DNA from: Glaucostegus cemiculus | Lineage: Eukaryota | Direction of reading: 5' to 3' | DNA: 64,000 nt | NCBI GenBank assembly: GCA_976551045.1 | Contig: CDPCPM010000033.1 | Location: 25,978,001-26,042,000 of the forward strand | Shown: positions 25,578 to 39,245 of the stretch, one piece after another | Position numbering within the stretch: the stretch's first letter is position 1 | Layout of the letters: every line of letters starts with the position of its first letter | The notes under the pieces: model-generated | Databases searched by the model: none | What the model was told of the DNA's origin: nothing | Seen by the model: the letters and a program-made list of their open reading frames with translations, nothing else | Program-made: the position numbers and the translations under genes

Positions 25578-28272
25578 TACTTTAGGTTGTAGACCAGTAT
25601 CAGAATTAGGCCAATTGTTTTACTTGACTTCCGTGGTCTTAATGATAGGTTGCATCGACAACTTAGACAGCAACGTTTTGTTTTGCTCAAGAAAAGCAGG
25701 ACAAAATAAGTCTTTGACTAACCCAATTTAAGTGATTTTCAAAACGTAGCGTACAATGTGTTAATAATTGAGGTCTAATATTTTACATCATTTAAATTTA
25801 GCGCGTTTGCACGAAGTTTTGCATAATATGGTATTTATATATCCAGGTCTATATTGTGTTCACGTCCCGGAAAACAAAGCACATCCCGGCATTGGGGTTA
25901 TCTTGTAAGTAAGCCTGCCTTACTGCACCGATAATTTCGATGAAATGTATAAGATGTATATTTCTTTGGTTCTATATTTCTTCAGTATTTTTCAATGCGT
26001 AGCGGTAAAATATCATAAACAGAACTTAAAGTTTAACCGGGGTCGCAAAAGATGTTTGAGAAACGTCATTAACAATAAAGCAGCTTTTGTTGTTGAGGGT
26101 GTAAAGTGAAGATTCGTGCCTCAGTTGCATTCCTTAGTTACATTAAATCAAATGAAAATTTCATTGTGTGCAACTTGACACCAGCTTCAAACTGAAATGG
26201 CAAAACACATATTGATCTTAAGCAATGCAAGTATATTCTCACTTTAAAAAGTGCGATTTGATCTCATTCGACATTGACCTTGAACTGGGCCACAGTTTAA
26301 TTTTAGAGAAATTTCAAGATTTTGTGAGATTCAGTAGAGGTTCAGCCTCAGTTAAGCGCCTTTGTTTGCAATTGCTTTTGGATTTTGATGTCTTAGTAAA
26401 GAAACCCTTTTCGGGGTTTTTGTAGGGAATCGTGAGATCATAAAAGGACAGGGGACAAACAGTCGTTTTTCCTTCCGGAGAGGATGTAGTGGTGGTGTCT
26501 GCTTAGATTTTACTGCTCGTGATTTTAAATGAAAGGACAACATTTTTTTTGTCAAATTGAGGTTATGTATAGTAAAGAGTAAAACATAGTGTTAAATTAG
26601 AGACCTGGAATAACTAATATTAGAAACAAATAGTAAGTATTGTATTTTTGCTGTCGATGCGACGCTATGAATGAGTGACTTTTGATTAACTAATATCATA
26701 TTTAACAGAATAAATTGTATAGTTCGATGAAGATATACGCTTTTAGATTAATGTTATTGCACATGTTTTTCTGTTAATAAATGGATAAGCGCAAAGTTAA
26801 CACTTTATAGATTTGATGTATTGCACGTTGTTGTAAAAATTCAACAAAATCGAAATTTAAAAGCAGACAAACGTAAGAGACCATATGCTCTTTTGATTCT
26901 GGTACCAATGTTGGAGAACCTCTTGGTATTTACTCCAGCAGACTTATTTCGACATTTGCTTTCGGTTAGATTTAAAATCAGGGGTTGAGATGGTCTAATT
27001 TACGATGATAATAATCTTCAGACATCCTTTCAACTAAAATCCTTCAAAATAAAGAGAGACCAAATTCAACCCACAAAATTCTACTTAAATAGACGCACTG
27101 TAAATACAAATTTATAATCGAATTTATCCTCAGTATTTTTAAACCCAGCCGCACATTTTAGGTGCATTAATGCTGGACGATAGTCTACTCAAATGTAGAC
27201 ATACTGGAAACTGGATCACTTCAGTTTCCATCTACAAATGAACTGCCAGATTTCCTGCAATGGACCAGTTGAATTTTAAAAATCAAAATGCCTTAGGTAT
27301 TGCATTTAACGATGAGATTGGGAGTATGATCGCCATTTACTTTTCAGCAAAAACAATGATAATGAACGGTATTGTATAATTTTATTATTAATGTGTATAT
27401 TCTTGCTGAAAACAAAAAACTCGTCGCAACATATTGCATTCGGTTTTTAAACTGCTGTATTCGTTTTCTTTAACTCATCCCTAAATTACTTTAGCGCGGA
27501 ATATATTTTGTAATCTCTTTAGAAGGTTTGAATTAACATTCACGTGTTTGATTTTTGAACTCAGCCTTCGTTTATTCGTCCTTTTGATTAAAAAAGGGAT
27601 CAAAACAAAATATATAGGTTGCTGGATTTACACGTGGATGTGATTCTCAAGGGATTTGGACGACGCAAAAATATTCACTAATACACGAATACGAGAAAAA
27701 TGCCAAATATAAATAGTCCAGATATTTTAAGTTGTAATGTTACATGATTAGTCGACCTAAATAGATATTACTATTGAATAATATTGTAGAATAATGTATT
27801 ATCTCAGCTAATGCATCATATCCGTTTTATGTTTTAAAGAATTTTTGAAACTGGTTTGAAATACTTAAAGAGAAGATGGGATAATTTTGGATTTAAAGTA
27901 AGTACAAAATGTGTATGTCATATATTTATTAAATATATAATGTAACCAATAGAGCAGGTATTCCGTGAAATATTTGTATATAAATGTATTTCAATTTTAT
28001 TACGGTAAAGTATTTTTTTCTGAACTATATACGCATCCCTTTGACTTCAGTAAACGGCGTCGCATTAACAGCCGGTAAGTGGGATGGAAGTACACATGGA
28101 CGTGGACTTGGACATTTCAGTTGCGAGTTGTATTGGGACGGAGGCGGTGCCAAAAAAAAGCTGCTTCCGCTTGTCTTGTGACCCTCCTGGAGCCAATCGG
28201 CGAGCGCCTTTCATTTATCTCTGTCTGGAAGCTAAATAGGAGACAGAGAAGATCTGATCGCTCTTCTCGGAA

Positions 28273-28852
28273 ATGTGCGAGCACAATCTGCTAAATTCAG
28301 GCTATGTCGGCTCCCTGTTAAATTTTGCCAGCCCGGAGCCCTTCTACTTCCCCAACCTGCGTCCGAATGCGGCTCAACTGGCAAGTCTGTCACCAGCACT
28401 CTCCTACACCCGCAGGGAGGTGTGCTCGCTCCCGTGGACTTCGAGTCCATGCGCATCGCCGCCGCAGAGCCGCGCCTTCAGCGGCTACTCTCAGTCCTAT
28501 CTCAGCAACTCAGTCTCCATCAGCATCAATAGGCATGGATCAGACAAAGCAGCAGCCGGCGAAGAGCCTAACAAATACTACTTCCAAGACAGCAGCCGAA
28601 AACTGGAGGAGAGATGCAGACACAATCAGTCCTATCCAAGTGATACCAGCATCCCCTCTTCAGTCAACATCAACCCTGCCAAGTACGAGTACCCAAACGT
28701 GGAAACATCTCTCCATGGCTCGTCATTACATAATCAAGGCTTTGAATTGAATTCCAACTCTCCCTCTGTAAATGAAGGCGTCAAGCAATGTGTGAGCCTC
28801 AATATGTCATTACAGTCATCAGTAACGCCAGTGTGCAACAGATCCTCCGATG
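28273..28852 (+). CDS. hoxd12: HoxD12 exon 1
   Basis: MCEHNLLNSGYVGSLLNFASPEPFYFPNLR group-12 N-terminus; phase-1 donor GATG|gtatag. Confidence 0.95.
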
Positions 28853-29570
28853 GTATAGTATCAGTGCCATGTTAAAGCGATGACCATTTGAAAATTGCGG
28901 TATCCTTCCTTGTTCGAAGTGCTACCTGTCATCTTCACGTGAATTACATTTGTTGAACATCAAACAGTGATCCTGGAACAATTTATGCTTAAAGCAGTCA
29001 AAACCACCAGAGAAAAAATATTGTAATTAAAAAAAAGATTCTGACGATAATAACAAACAATGAAATTCAAAGCATGAAAGCAATCCATTTGTTATAGTTA
29101 TTTTAACTAACGTAAAATTACAACGTTAATGCTTTCGTTTAAATTTTAGCTAACTTTTAAAAGACGAAAAGAATATAACTGATTTTTGATTTTTTTATTT
29201 GTCATTTTACTTAGAACCCAAAAAAATTAGGGAGATCTCTTTGTTAGAATTTAAGTTACTGAGTTTCTGCGTTAACAATGACATAATATTAAGGTGATCG
29301 GATACCTTATTTAAATATTTGTGTTTATCCTATTTGGCTTCTGGAATCGTTAAATAGTTTAACAGTGTTGACTTTTGTTTCTAAGATTAAAGGTCACCAA
29401 AATACAGAATATCGTATCTAAGAATAACAAAAATATTAATCCTGAAATGTTGACAACGTTAACGCCCGAACTAACAAACCACACTAAAAACATGAATGGC
29501 TTTGGGATGAAAAGTTGTGGTAAAGTGCTACATTTTCTTCAGTATTTTCTTTTCCAATTTCAATTTGCAG

Positions 29571-29809
29571 GGCTGTCGTGGTGCCCAACCCAAGTGAGGT
29601 CAAGGAGGAAACGCAAGCCATACACTAAGCAACAGATAGCTGAACTTGAAAATGAATTCCTTGCGAATGAGTTTATCAATCGACAGAAGAGGAAGGAATT
29701 GTCAGATAGACTAAACCTGAGCGACCAGCAAGTAAAAATCTGGTTTCAAAACCGGCGCATGAAAAAGAAAAGACTTGTTATGCGTGAACAAACGCTCTCG
29801 CTCTTTTAG
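29571..29809 (+). CDS. hoxd12: HoxD12 exon 2 (homeodomain)
   Basis: tgcag|GG CTG...[59 protein letters not shown]; total 272 aa. Confidence 0.96.
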
Positions 29810-32800
29810 GCCAAAGTAAAGTTTAAATGTGAGTTTCAAGGTCGTGAATTGAACTTTTTTTATGGTAATTAAGCTTGCTCGCAGAAAGCATGTAGATCAA
29901 GAATATCCATTGTTTTAATGGAAAGGTGCTCCTTTGATGTGCTGTCATATAAAACAGCAATCTACGATTACATTGCCACTGCCACTAGTCCAGGGCGTGT
30001 TGGTTTAGTTAAACCTCAGCAGCATACAGGGACTGAGATGCAAACTACGGATACCTCGTGAAAATTTGTTATAGCAGGAAATTGACCGACAGGCAAAAAG
30101 TTGACTTTTTGTAGCCTGTATCTTGCTGTCCGTGGATAACGTGCCAGCAGCGCCTTCTCATCAGCATTGATTAGTTTCAATGACATTTGTAATTATTTCG
30201 TTTCTTCGGTTTGTTTAAATTGCTCCATGACTGTCCACTTGAGTAACAAGCAGATATTCTGCATTTTGAGAATGTAAGTACAACAGGTAATTAGAATGGA
30301 ACATTCGTATTTTAATCTTAAATATATAAATATTATGCATGCACTCTACCTATGTAAATTGAGTAATAATAAAACGAATGTCGAAACAAATTTTCATTTG
30401 TATATACATCATGTTGTTTACTAATTGTCTTGTAAATTAGGAGCCGGTAAACCGATTAATTCTAAGGTGTATGAAGATCTTATGAAGATGCATACTTAAC
30501 CAGGTTTATTAAATTAATCTTCCGAAAGTAGCGCGTTTACGGGATATATGATAGCGATGGGTGCGGGTTTTAATCAGGAATAGATGCGCGAAGTATTTAC
30601 ATTTCGTGCCAGGTTTCAATATAAGTAGTGCCATGTTGTTGTCAAGATTGCGCCTACCTCGGCTGCATTATTCGGAGTTGTTCTTCTGAAATTACAGGTG
30701 AATCTGGTAAGTATAATAAAACAAGTAAGCAATGGTGCCAGAAATTTAATAAATAAAGCACACGGGTGATAAACAGTTACATATTTGTATTTTTCTTAGG
30801 TTCTCTAAAGGCCCACTCTGAAAAGGATAAAAAAAAGAAACACGCCTCTTGTTTTATACAATTGATTTATTGCTGGTTTTTTTAGTCCAATAACATATTT
30901 ATTGAAGGGCCGATTTCTAAATTTTCCAATACTTATACACGAGCTTTTTAATTCAGACGTATAATATTAACCTGGTGCATGAGCTACGGAGCTGGGAGAT
31001 ATCAAATGCCAAACAGTCAAATTACAACATACATAGTTTCAAATTTAATTGCTTCCAAACGATGGCATTGTTATTGCACCAATATTACTCCATTATTACA
31101 CACGCGAACTAATTTTCCTCAATATATTTCCTGATTTTACCGATGGACTTGAGTTTTTCATGTGAAATATCTGGCGGCCGCTTGGATATTTTACCACGAT
31201 GAAAATGTAAGCATGTTGAATGCAGACCAAACGAAGCAAATATTTCTCCCCATATTAAAGCGAAAGAGGTGCCTAATAGAAACCGATGATGCTTTAAGGC
31301 GCCCCGTGATCTCTCTCACTTTTAATCTAATGGGTTTTGATTTGGATTTAATCTATTTAGTCTCTCGTTTGGGAGGGATTACCCAAAGATTCAATTTTCA
31401 TGCGCAATTGGCCGCGATTTGAAGGAAAATATTTAGGTGTCACATGACGTAAGACATCTATTAATTTCAAAGTAGTCACATTCTAAATCGCCAGAAAGAT
31501 TAAGCAACCGTAAGAGCGAATAATTAAAAGCAAACTTGCACCGAATAATTCAGATGAAATCACCCATTCTTTCACCCATTTATTTGCTTGGTTATAAGAT
31601 GCGATCTATTTCACTTGAAGCAATAATTACACTTTAATTCATTTAATTTCCCACAGTTTGGTGGCGACTTTCTTTTACCGAACATTTTAGAAATTACTGT
31701 TTCTAAAGAACTATAGCAATAATAATCGATCTTCAAGGATGGAGTCAAAAGATAGCAACCTCTGCTGATGAGGATCATTTTATTTTCCTTTTATGGGCAA
31801 CATTACGAATTCAGTTTTGTTTAAGTTGACGGCTTCAAGTACGGCCGATTTTTAACTCATTTAAATGTTATGCAATTAAGCAATGATTGCTAATGAATGA
31901 GGACTGTTAGAGAAACTCTCTGTACCTGCGTCTGAGCATTTAGCAGAAGATGTAAACGAAAACAAATGAGTTGCAGCCTCTTTACTTCTCTTTCTAGCAA
32001 ATCAGGGCGTGGGTGGGCAGAAAACAGCCAGTTACTTCCAATCCCGCCATTTGTCTGGGCTGCCATTAATTAAGCATGCACCGTGCGATTTTCATGAATC
32101 CTTTAAAATATTTATTGAAATATATCAACGCAAAGAAATATGAATAGATCAAATCAATTATTTTATGTTGCATATCTTTTTTGGGATTCATCAGCAACGT
32201 TTTATGGGATTTAAATATACTGAGAAAATAAAAGGTGAACAATTAGGTCTCGGGATAGTGACAACGTGCTTATGAAATTCAAAGAGTTTTGTTTCAGGCA
32301 GCATATGTAAATGAGAATCGCCCTTCAAGCAATATGCCCACATATTTAACAGAAATAAAATGATCAGCGGGCAATTTTGAAATATTTCCTCGTGATAAGA
32401 GGACTCTTCATGTCCTAGTTCCTGGGCGTCATGTTTCTAGCAAGTAAATGAAAGAAAAAGTAGATGCCTGTAGCCCAGATGTGACATACATTTTCCTGTG
32501 TTCCTGTGAACTGGGCAATGAAAAGAGAAGTACTGTCATTGTCTGGAGCCTTTTACTTTTCAGGAAGGGGGGTTTTATGAGAGAAATACTTCAGATTAGG
32601 ACACACGGAAGTTTCCTGCTTTGTCACCGCATATAACATACATAATGAAATAGCCAAAGGTTCCACCAAATTCCATGTTATTAGGATTGGTATATATTTG
32701 CATAATATTGTGAGGGTTGTACTATTAAGTACATTAGAAACGAACGCATGCAGTAATTTGCAAATGCATTGTTCATTTGTTATGAGAGCTCCCAGTGCAA

Positions 32801-34123
32801 TCGCGATAATAACAGTAATATTTCCACCGCTTCGTTGACTTTAAATCATAAGCTGCATCGTGATATACATACACATTAAAATATGTCGGCCTTTCCAGAG
32901 TCTGAAATGATATAAAAACTGTGAGGCCATAAATTCACTAATATTGAAAATATTTGTTAACGTTATTGCCATTCTGGTTTAAATATTAATTGGAAATAAA
33001 AATGCCTGTGATTCTAGCATTTCGACATTGCGAATTGACTTGTAAATTGATTTTTAAAAATCATGCTATTTTATCGACTGGTGTTGACTTTTGAGGAATG
33101 ATCAGCCCTGAGCGTCGCACTGAATTTCTGAATGTTATCCGAGTGCACAATGCCACGATTGCTATTAAATATGGACCATTGTTCCATTAGGTCATTTATA
33201 TTCAACTGTTAGATAAATTTAACAAAAATAAATTGCTTTTACACTTGTATGTATTGTAACAATGTTATCGAATTTGTAGCAGTATTACCCCAAGCTTCGG
33301 AAAATTGTTCGACATTCCGTCGAACGCTCAGAATCTCTTTTTCATCTCATTTTTATGGTCGAGCTGCCAGACGTGTCTCTACATGTTCTCCAGATACTGG
33401 GGGCGCCATAACAAAGTTAAGGTCAAGTTAGTGTCTCTCTTTGGATCGCAGAAGCCTAACATGCCACTGATCGTGTATTGTGCTTGACCAATGAATGTTG
33501 CTTTCCACATTGGAAATATTTAATTTTCCGTGTTGCGCAAAAAGAATTGAGGCGAATATTTTGCAGGACCGTCAAACTGAAACCATAGATCGTCGCCTCG
33601 ATGAAATGCGTAAGAAAATAAATGACCTACAAACTCGTTTCGTACATCGCTTTATGTTGCATGTAAGAGAATAATATCCAAACTTGAGCTATAAAAGAAC
33701 ACATCTTGTAAAGCGGAATTAACGTTGATTCCTCATCAACGTTCTGCAGCGTGTTAGATATTTGCGGGCAATAAGCATTCACTGCGCTCCGAACACGAGA
33801 CGAGAACAAAGGCCACGCTTAATTCCTGTTCTATTTACAGCTATTGCCATATTATTGAACAGGATCCTTCAGCACCGCTGGCTAATGCTATTTGATCGTC
33901 CAGTTTTTTATCAATTATTACAAATTACATGGAGACTTTTGCCAATCCATTAAACTCTTATAGTAACTGTATGCAATAACAGAAGTCATATTACAACAAG
34001 AGCATAATTGAGCAAATTGTACAATCCACGAGTCTATAAATAGAAGCAGCAACGACAAGACGTACAATATTAAAACAAGATAAATATTGCGCTTAAAAAT
34101 AAAATTTAAAATGCCCTATTGCG

Positions 34124-34143
34124 GTGTGCCTGTGTGTGCCTGC

Positions 34144-34181
<38 letters not shown>
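34124..34181 (+). repeat. (TG)n microsatellite
   Basis: TG run seen directly. Confidence 0.95.
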
Positions 34182-34183
<2 letters not shown>

Positions 34184-35984
34184 GAAGTGCCGCATTTCTA
34201 ATAATTTAGCTGGAATGATGCTCACTATTCAATTCTTCATTCGGGTTTACTGTATTTCTGGTGTGTTTATTGCTACTAACGACAAACTAGATCGTACAGT
34301 TGCACAGGGTTTTTAAATTCTGATTTCAATTGAGATTAATTATCATTATTATTTAAAATAAACACCACACTGTATGCTAGCTCTGTCTAATTAAAGTAGT
34401 ACAATGCAACATGCCTTATGCTGACATCGACCGGATGTCACATTTTTTATTTGTGTGCCCGTGGAATAAAGGAATCTAAGTTGCTTTCAGAAATTTATCG
34501 GGATCCATATAGTCCGGGAAAATTATTCTGTAACCAAAAAAAAGTTCGTTCTATAATCAACAATAATACGTCTCTATTCAGTCAGTGTCGTGGAATTTAG
34601 GAGTTATTCTCAGATTGCTCGAGTTGGTTGCACAGAATTTAGATCCAAAGGGTCAGCCGCAAATGCCGTGAATTGGGTATTTCAATCTGACATTCATCAT
34701 ACGTGATACTTGGTCATGTGTGAAAACATTATGCAGGTAATAATTAACATTCGTTGACCAATGCATGAAAATAAAAATTAATACGAACAGAAATTTCTGC
34801 ACAAGTGAACTTTCTTTTCCTCTCTGTGAAGTTATTTTTCCAGTATGTCAATTTAGATTGATAGTTACATACATGCTTCCTCTGGCTTAATTTTCTCTCG
34901 TCTGGAGTCCCATTAAAAGAATTGTAATGTAGCCCTCGTATGTAGATTCAAACACTTTACAAATCTGAATCTCGCTCTTTTGCAAATCAAACTATTTTGA
35001 AAAGAAAGATCTAGATTATTGGAATGAGGTGAATTACGGAAAACCTCGGTAGTGCGCTGGTTTTAATCGTTTAAAAAATGAAAACAATTTCCGAACCTGC
35101 AGTATATTAGACTTGCTTTATTACGTATCCATTGTTTTAATTTTTGCAAGCCATAAAGGAACCCACATAATTACTGTGAAACATGTGCACCTCGAGTAAC
35201 TCTAGTGTCCTGAGAATATTCTACATTTTGTAGCGCAGCCATATTTTGATGGTAGTCATAAGGGGGTGGGGGTTTCCCGCAGTTCACGAGGCTCTAACCT
35301 TCAAAAACTTATGTGATTTATACATTTCCTGTTAGTGCTAAAACATTACTTTAAATTCACACTCATAGGACCGTTATTGTATACAATGTAAATAATATTT
35401 TATTTTAAATGCAATACAATAAGATAGATATTTGCACATCCTTGTCAATAGAAACTTCATACTCGATTTTATATATTGAAGCAAAATGCTGAAAATTAGC
35501 TTATTCAAAATAGTTTCGTAATACTTTACTTTAATGGGCATTTCTCCAAGTTCCTGAACTATGATACATATAATGATAATTATATTCACACCACGAAGTA
35601 GAATTTAGTCCGCATGGAGCATTTGCCAACACAAAATTGTCTAGAAATTATCTTTGTTACCCAAGGAATGAATTACCATATTAATACAAGTTGATAATTT
35701 ATATACCGCCTGACAGAATATGGCGCGTTTTTATGAAAATGAATTCGCCAGCTAATGAAACTCAAATGATAGTTTTGAAGTTTCCAAAAATACAAATGCA
35801 TCTGTGACAGTTTATGATGCGTACATTTAATTATTTGTTATAGAGTTTGCTTTCTCCCCAGTCAGAGCACAAATCCTTGGTCCTGGGAAAGAAATGCAGC
35901 TAACTTGCAACAACTGAAAGCCGATAGGCTAATTTCGAATTATCTGCGGGTTCCCAAGGATGGATCTTAATGACCAAAACTGAT

Positions 35985-36065
35985 ATATGGTAATTTCTAC
36001 ATTGGATCACATGACTCGTTTACCCTTAGAATCAATCAAGATGAATTGCACGTCAGCTTACGTTT
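35985..36065 (+). promoter_or_regulatory. HoxD11 proximal promoter
   Basis: ATTGG followed by ATCACATGAC (reverse CCAAT plus E-box) at 36001-36015, an arrangement also seen before D10 and D9 in this window. Confidence 0.5.
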
Positions 36066-36176
36066 CAATTTTTTTTCTTTCGCCGACCCGTTCATACGCC
36101 TTTAGAGTAGAATAGATGGAGCATGTTTAACGCCATCAATCCTGATAATTCGTTCTCGAAACCACGAAAACAAAAC

Positions 36177-36780
36177 ATGACTGAGTTTGAAGACCGTGGT
36201 AGCTGCAACTCGAGCATGTATCTACCCAGCTGCACGTACTATGTTTCAGCCCAAGATTTCTCGGCGGTGTCAACGTTCTTACCGCAGACCACTTCTTGCC
36301 AAATGACATTTCCTTATTCCTCTAATTTAGCTCAGGTTCAACCTGTTCGAGAAGTGTCGTTCAGAGATTACGGGTTAGAACATCCGACAAAGTGGCATTA
36401 CAGGAGCAACTATACTCCTTATTGCTCTGCAGAAGAGATAATGCACAGAGACTATATGCAGCCACCGGCCAGAACGGGAATGTTGTTTAAAAATGATAAT
36501 GTATACAGTCAGCGTGCAAGCTCAAATTCATCTTGCAATTTCTACACCACAGTTGGCAGGAATGGAATACTCCCGCAAGGTTTTGATCAGTTTTTTGAGA
36601 CAGCCTATGGGATTTCTGACTCTTCTAATTATGAACAGTTGACCGAAAAGTCCGTGTCTACGTGCCAGAGTATTACAACAGCTGATAAAGTTTTTTTGGG
36701 TCAGACGAAAGAAAGTACAACCGAAAAGAACACCGGCGAGTCCTCGGGTAACAGTGCGGCCGACAAAACCAGCCTATCCA
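36177..36780 (+). CDS. hoxd11: HoxD11 exon 1
   Basis: MTEFEDRG...MYLPSCTYYVS, VQPVREVSFRDYG, VGRNGILPQGFDQFFETAYG. Donor is TCCA|gtaggt (36780) or the in-frame alternative GTG|gtaacc (36792). An upstream in-frame ATG exists at 36123. Confidence 0.92.
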
Positions 36781-37326
36781 GTAGGTGCAGTGGTAACCCA
36801 GGGTTAGAATATAGGGCCAACACATTTTGTCTCACAGATTTTATGTGAAATTTTATAAGCAGACACAGGATTTTATATACCCTATAAGATCTGCTTTAAA
36901 GCTGTAAAGGTTGTTTACGATGGGAAATCAGTTTAGGTGGGCTTTTTGAATATGCAAAATCATGACTGCTCGATTTTTAAGTTTCTGCAATAATTTCTGT
37001 ATTGTATTGTTTTATGTCCAGGAGTTATTTCTGTTCTACTCTTTGCGAATTCTTTTGTTTGTACAAACAAGACAAAGCGTAATTCAGGATTCGTTTCTGC
37101 TACTTTACTTTCGATATGAATGTAGTTGCACAAGAAATTAATTAAAACGCGATTAAATATATTCATTAAATATCTTTATGAAGAGTAATTAGTGGCAGCG
37201 GGGTGTAACCGAAAACACCGCTGTGTTTTGCATCGTTTCACAATGAGTTTAACTTGGTACAAGAAAATAAAGATCGCGTCTATTGATATAAGATCATTTG
37301 TAACATTTTTAACACTTTCCCATCAG

Positions 37327-37559
37327 CTGCTCTGCGATCCAGAAAGAAAAGATGTCCTTATACCAAATATCAAATCCGGGAACTTGAGCGAGAATTTTTC
37401 TTCAATGTCTACATAAACAAAGAAAAACGCTTGCAATTGTCGAGAATGTTAAACCTCACCGACCGACAAGTCAAAATATGGTTCCAGAATCGGAGAATGA
37501 AAGAAAAGAAACTTAGCAGAGACCGTCTGCATTTTTTCACTGGTAATCCTTTATTGTGA
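37327..37559 (+). CDS. hoxd11: HoxD11 exon 2 (homeodomain)
   Basis: catcag|CT GCT CTG CGA...[73 protein letters not shown]. Missed by the ORF track. Confidence 0.96.
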
Positions 37560-38834
37560 CTATGATAGAGCTTACTCTAATGGATTCCCTTTGCCGACTC
37601 TTCATTGCCTTAGTCAATATTTATTTACACAAGGAGGGACTGCAAGTTTGATGGAACAATTTTGCTGTTCTTATGTGGAAACCAGGTTAAACGATTGACA
37701 TAGAATTGGATTTGAGGTGACGCGGTCGTGCAGATAACGTGGGCGTCATACTAATTAGGGAACATTTTTTACCTCAGCATTGATGTTATTCCGTTCCAAA
37801 GGAAGAAGCTTGATTCTGCGGGATATTCAGGGAAAATAAGCAGTATTTCATTTTAAACAATAAACGGAGGTAATGGAGGGCTAAAATAGTATATTGTTAG
37901 TTCACAGCGATGGGTCAATCAGATCAGATAATATGGTCTATTTCTTCTTTTAGTCAATGTATAGCCAAACTAACCAGAATTGTTAAATTTGTGTATTCTG
38001 GTGAAAGAAAAAAGGCATATTTATTACTTTATCTTTCTACTCTATATCATGTGTTAATTATAATATACTGTAGTTAGGGACGTTTAAAGGAGGTGTGATG
38101 TTAATAATAATGTTTCCGGTTTACACACTAGTTGACATTTCATGTTAAACGCATGTGATAGGATGTCTTTCCTTATGAATAAAAAATGCTACTCGAAATC
38201 TTACGAATAAAATCTTTTTTACATAAATGACCATTTGCATTTTTATAGGAAAATCCGACGCAAATGGTTCCCAAGTACATCTTCAAACCGCACCATTATT
38301 ACGAGGGCCTGGAATACACCGAGAAGCAAACGTTATAGCTTATCACATTAGTGGCAAAATAATGGAAATCTGAAATATAATTCATGTTCCCTAATCTCTC
38401 GACTATTTTCAGCATATATATGGTTCTTAACTTTCATGTCTCCGCGAGCAGCCATTTACGATGCAGCCTTGATACGAAAATGGAAACATAAAACCACCCA
38501 ATTAAACATTTCCATTATAAATGAAAAGCCTTATGTTAATCTAAAGTTTTGCTTATAGGCATAATATGCAGTCGTATTTTGCTTGTAAAACATTTGAAAT
38601 AATATTATTTCCAGTTAGCACCTGCAAATTAATTGATAAATCTATTTCCGTTACTTGTGTAAAAAATAGACAAGAGGCAGCGTAGTGCAAAATTAGCTGA
38701 ATTCCAGCAGAAGGGAAGCACTTAAACGCATACATGAGATTGGACAACTTGAAGCTCACCTCCGAGGTTTGGAAGAGCAAGTAAAGCTTCACAAAACTCT
38801 TCGAATTGCCAAATTTCCGTGCCGCATGACATAG

Positions 38835-39245
38835 CATTGTTGTTTACAAAACCTTGAACTGTCTAGACAACATCGTAAAGTTCACTGCTCGAAACAGCTT
38901 AATGGCGACTTATTGCACCTTCTAGTCACTAAGATGGGCTTCCGCATTCTATACCAAACAAAAGGATCGAGGGAAATCAAAGTAAATAGAACCGAATAGA
39001 TGATTTTTAAAAGGAAGAAAGCACAAAGCCAGTCACTTATTAAAATTTAACATTAGAAAAAGTAAAAAAAACCTGGATCGTGCATAAATTACGTCAAACT
39101 AATCTGTTAAACTTAATGAAGTCCAGGGTGATGCTCAGAAAGTGGTGTCGTCTCGTGAGCATACTAAAGCATATTTCGTGAAGAGGATGCTTATAATGTT
39201 GCCTTTGAACTTCTATAATGTCAAGGTCATCACCTTTAACCTTTT
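38835..39245. promoter_or_regulatory. candidate conserved regulatory blocks 3' of HoxD11 (position of mouse regions VIII/IX)
   Basis: TTTACAAAACCTTGAACTGTCTAGACAACATCGTAAA (about 38843-38879) and TGTCAAGGTCATCACCTTTAACCT (about 39219-39242) carry nuclear-receptor half-sites and posterior-Hox sites. Identity with RVIII/RIX is inferred from position and recall. Confidence 0.5.

Noticed and set aside
29375-29570. Long ORF-track extensions in front of homeobox exons (also at 12710, 47693 and 60767)
   Set aside because: Intronic read-through; polypyrimidine tracts and AG acceptors define the real exon starts.
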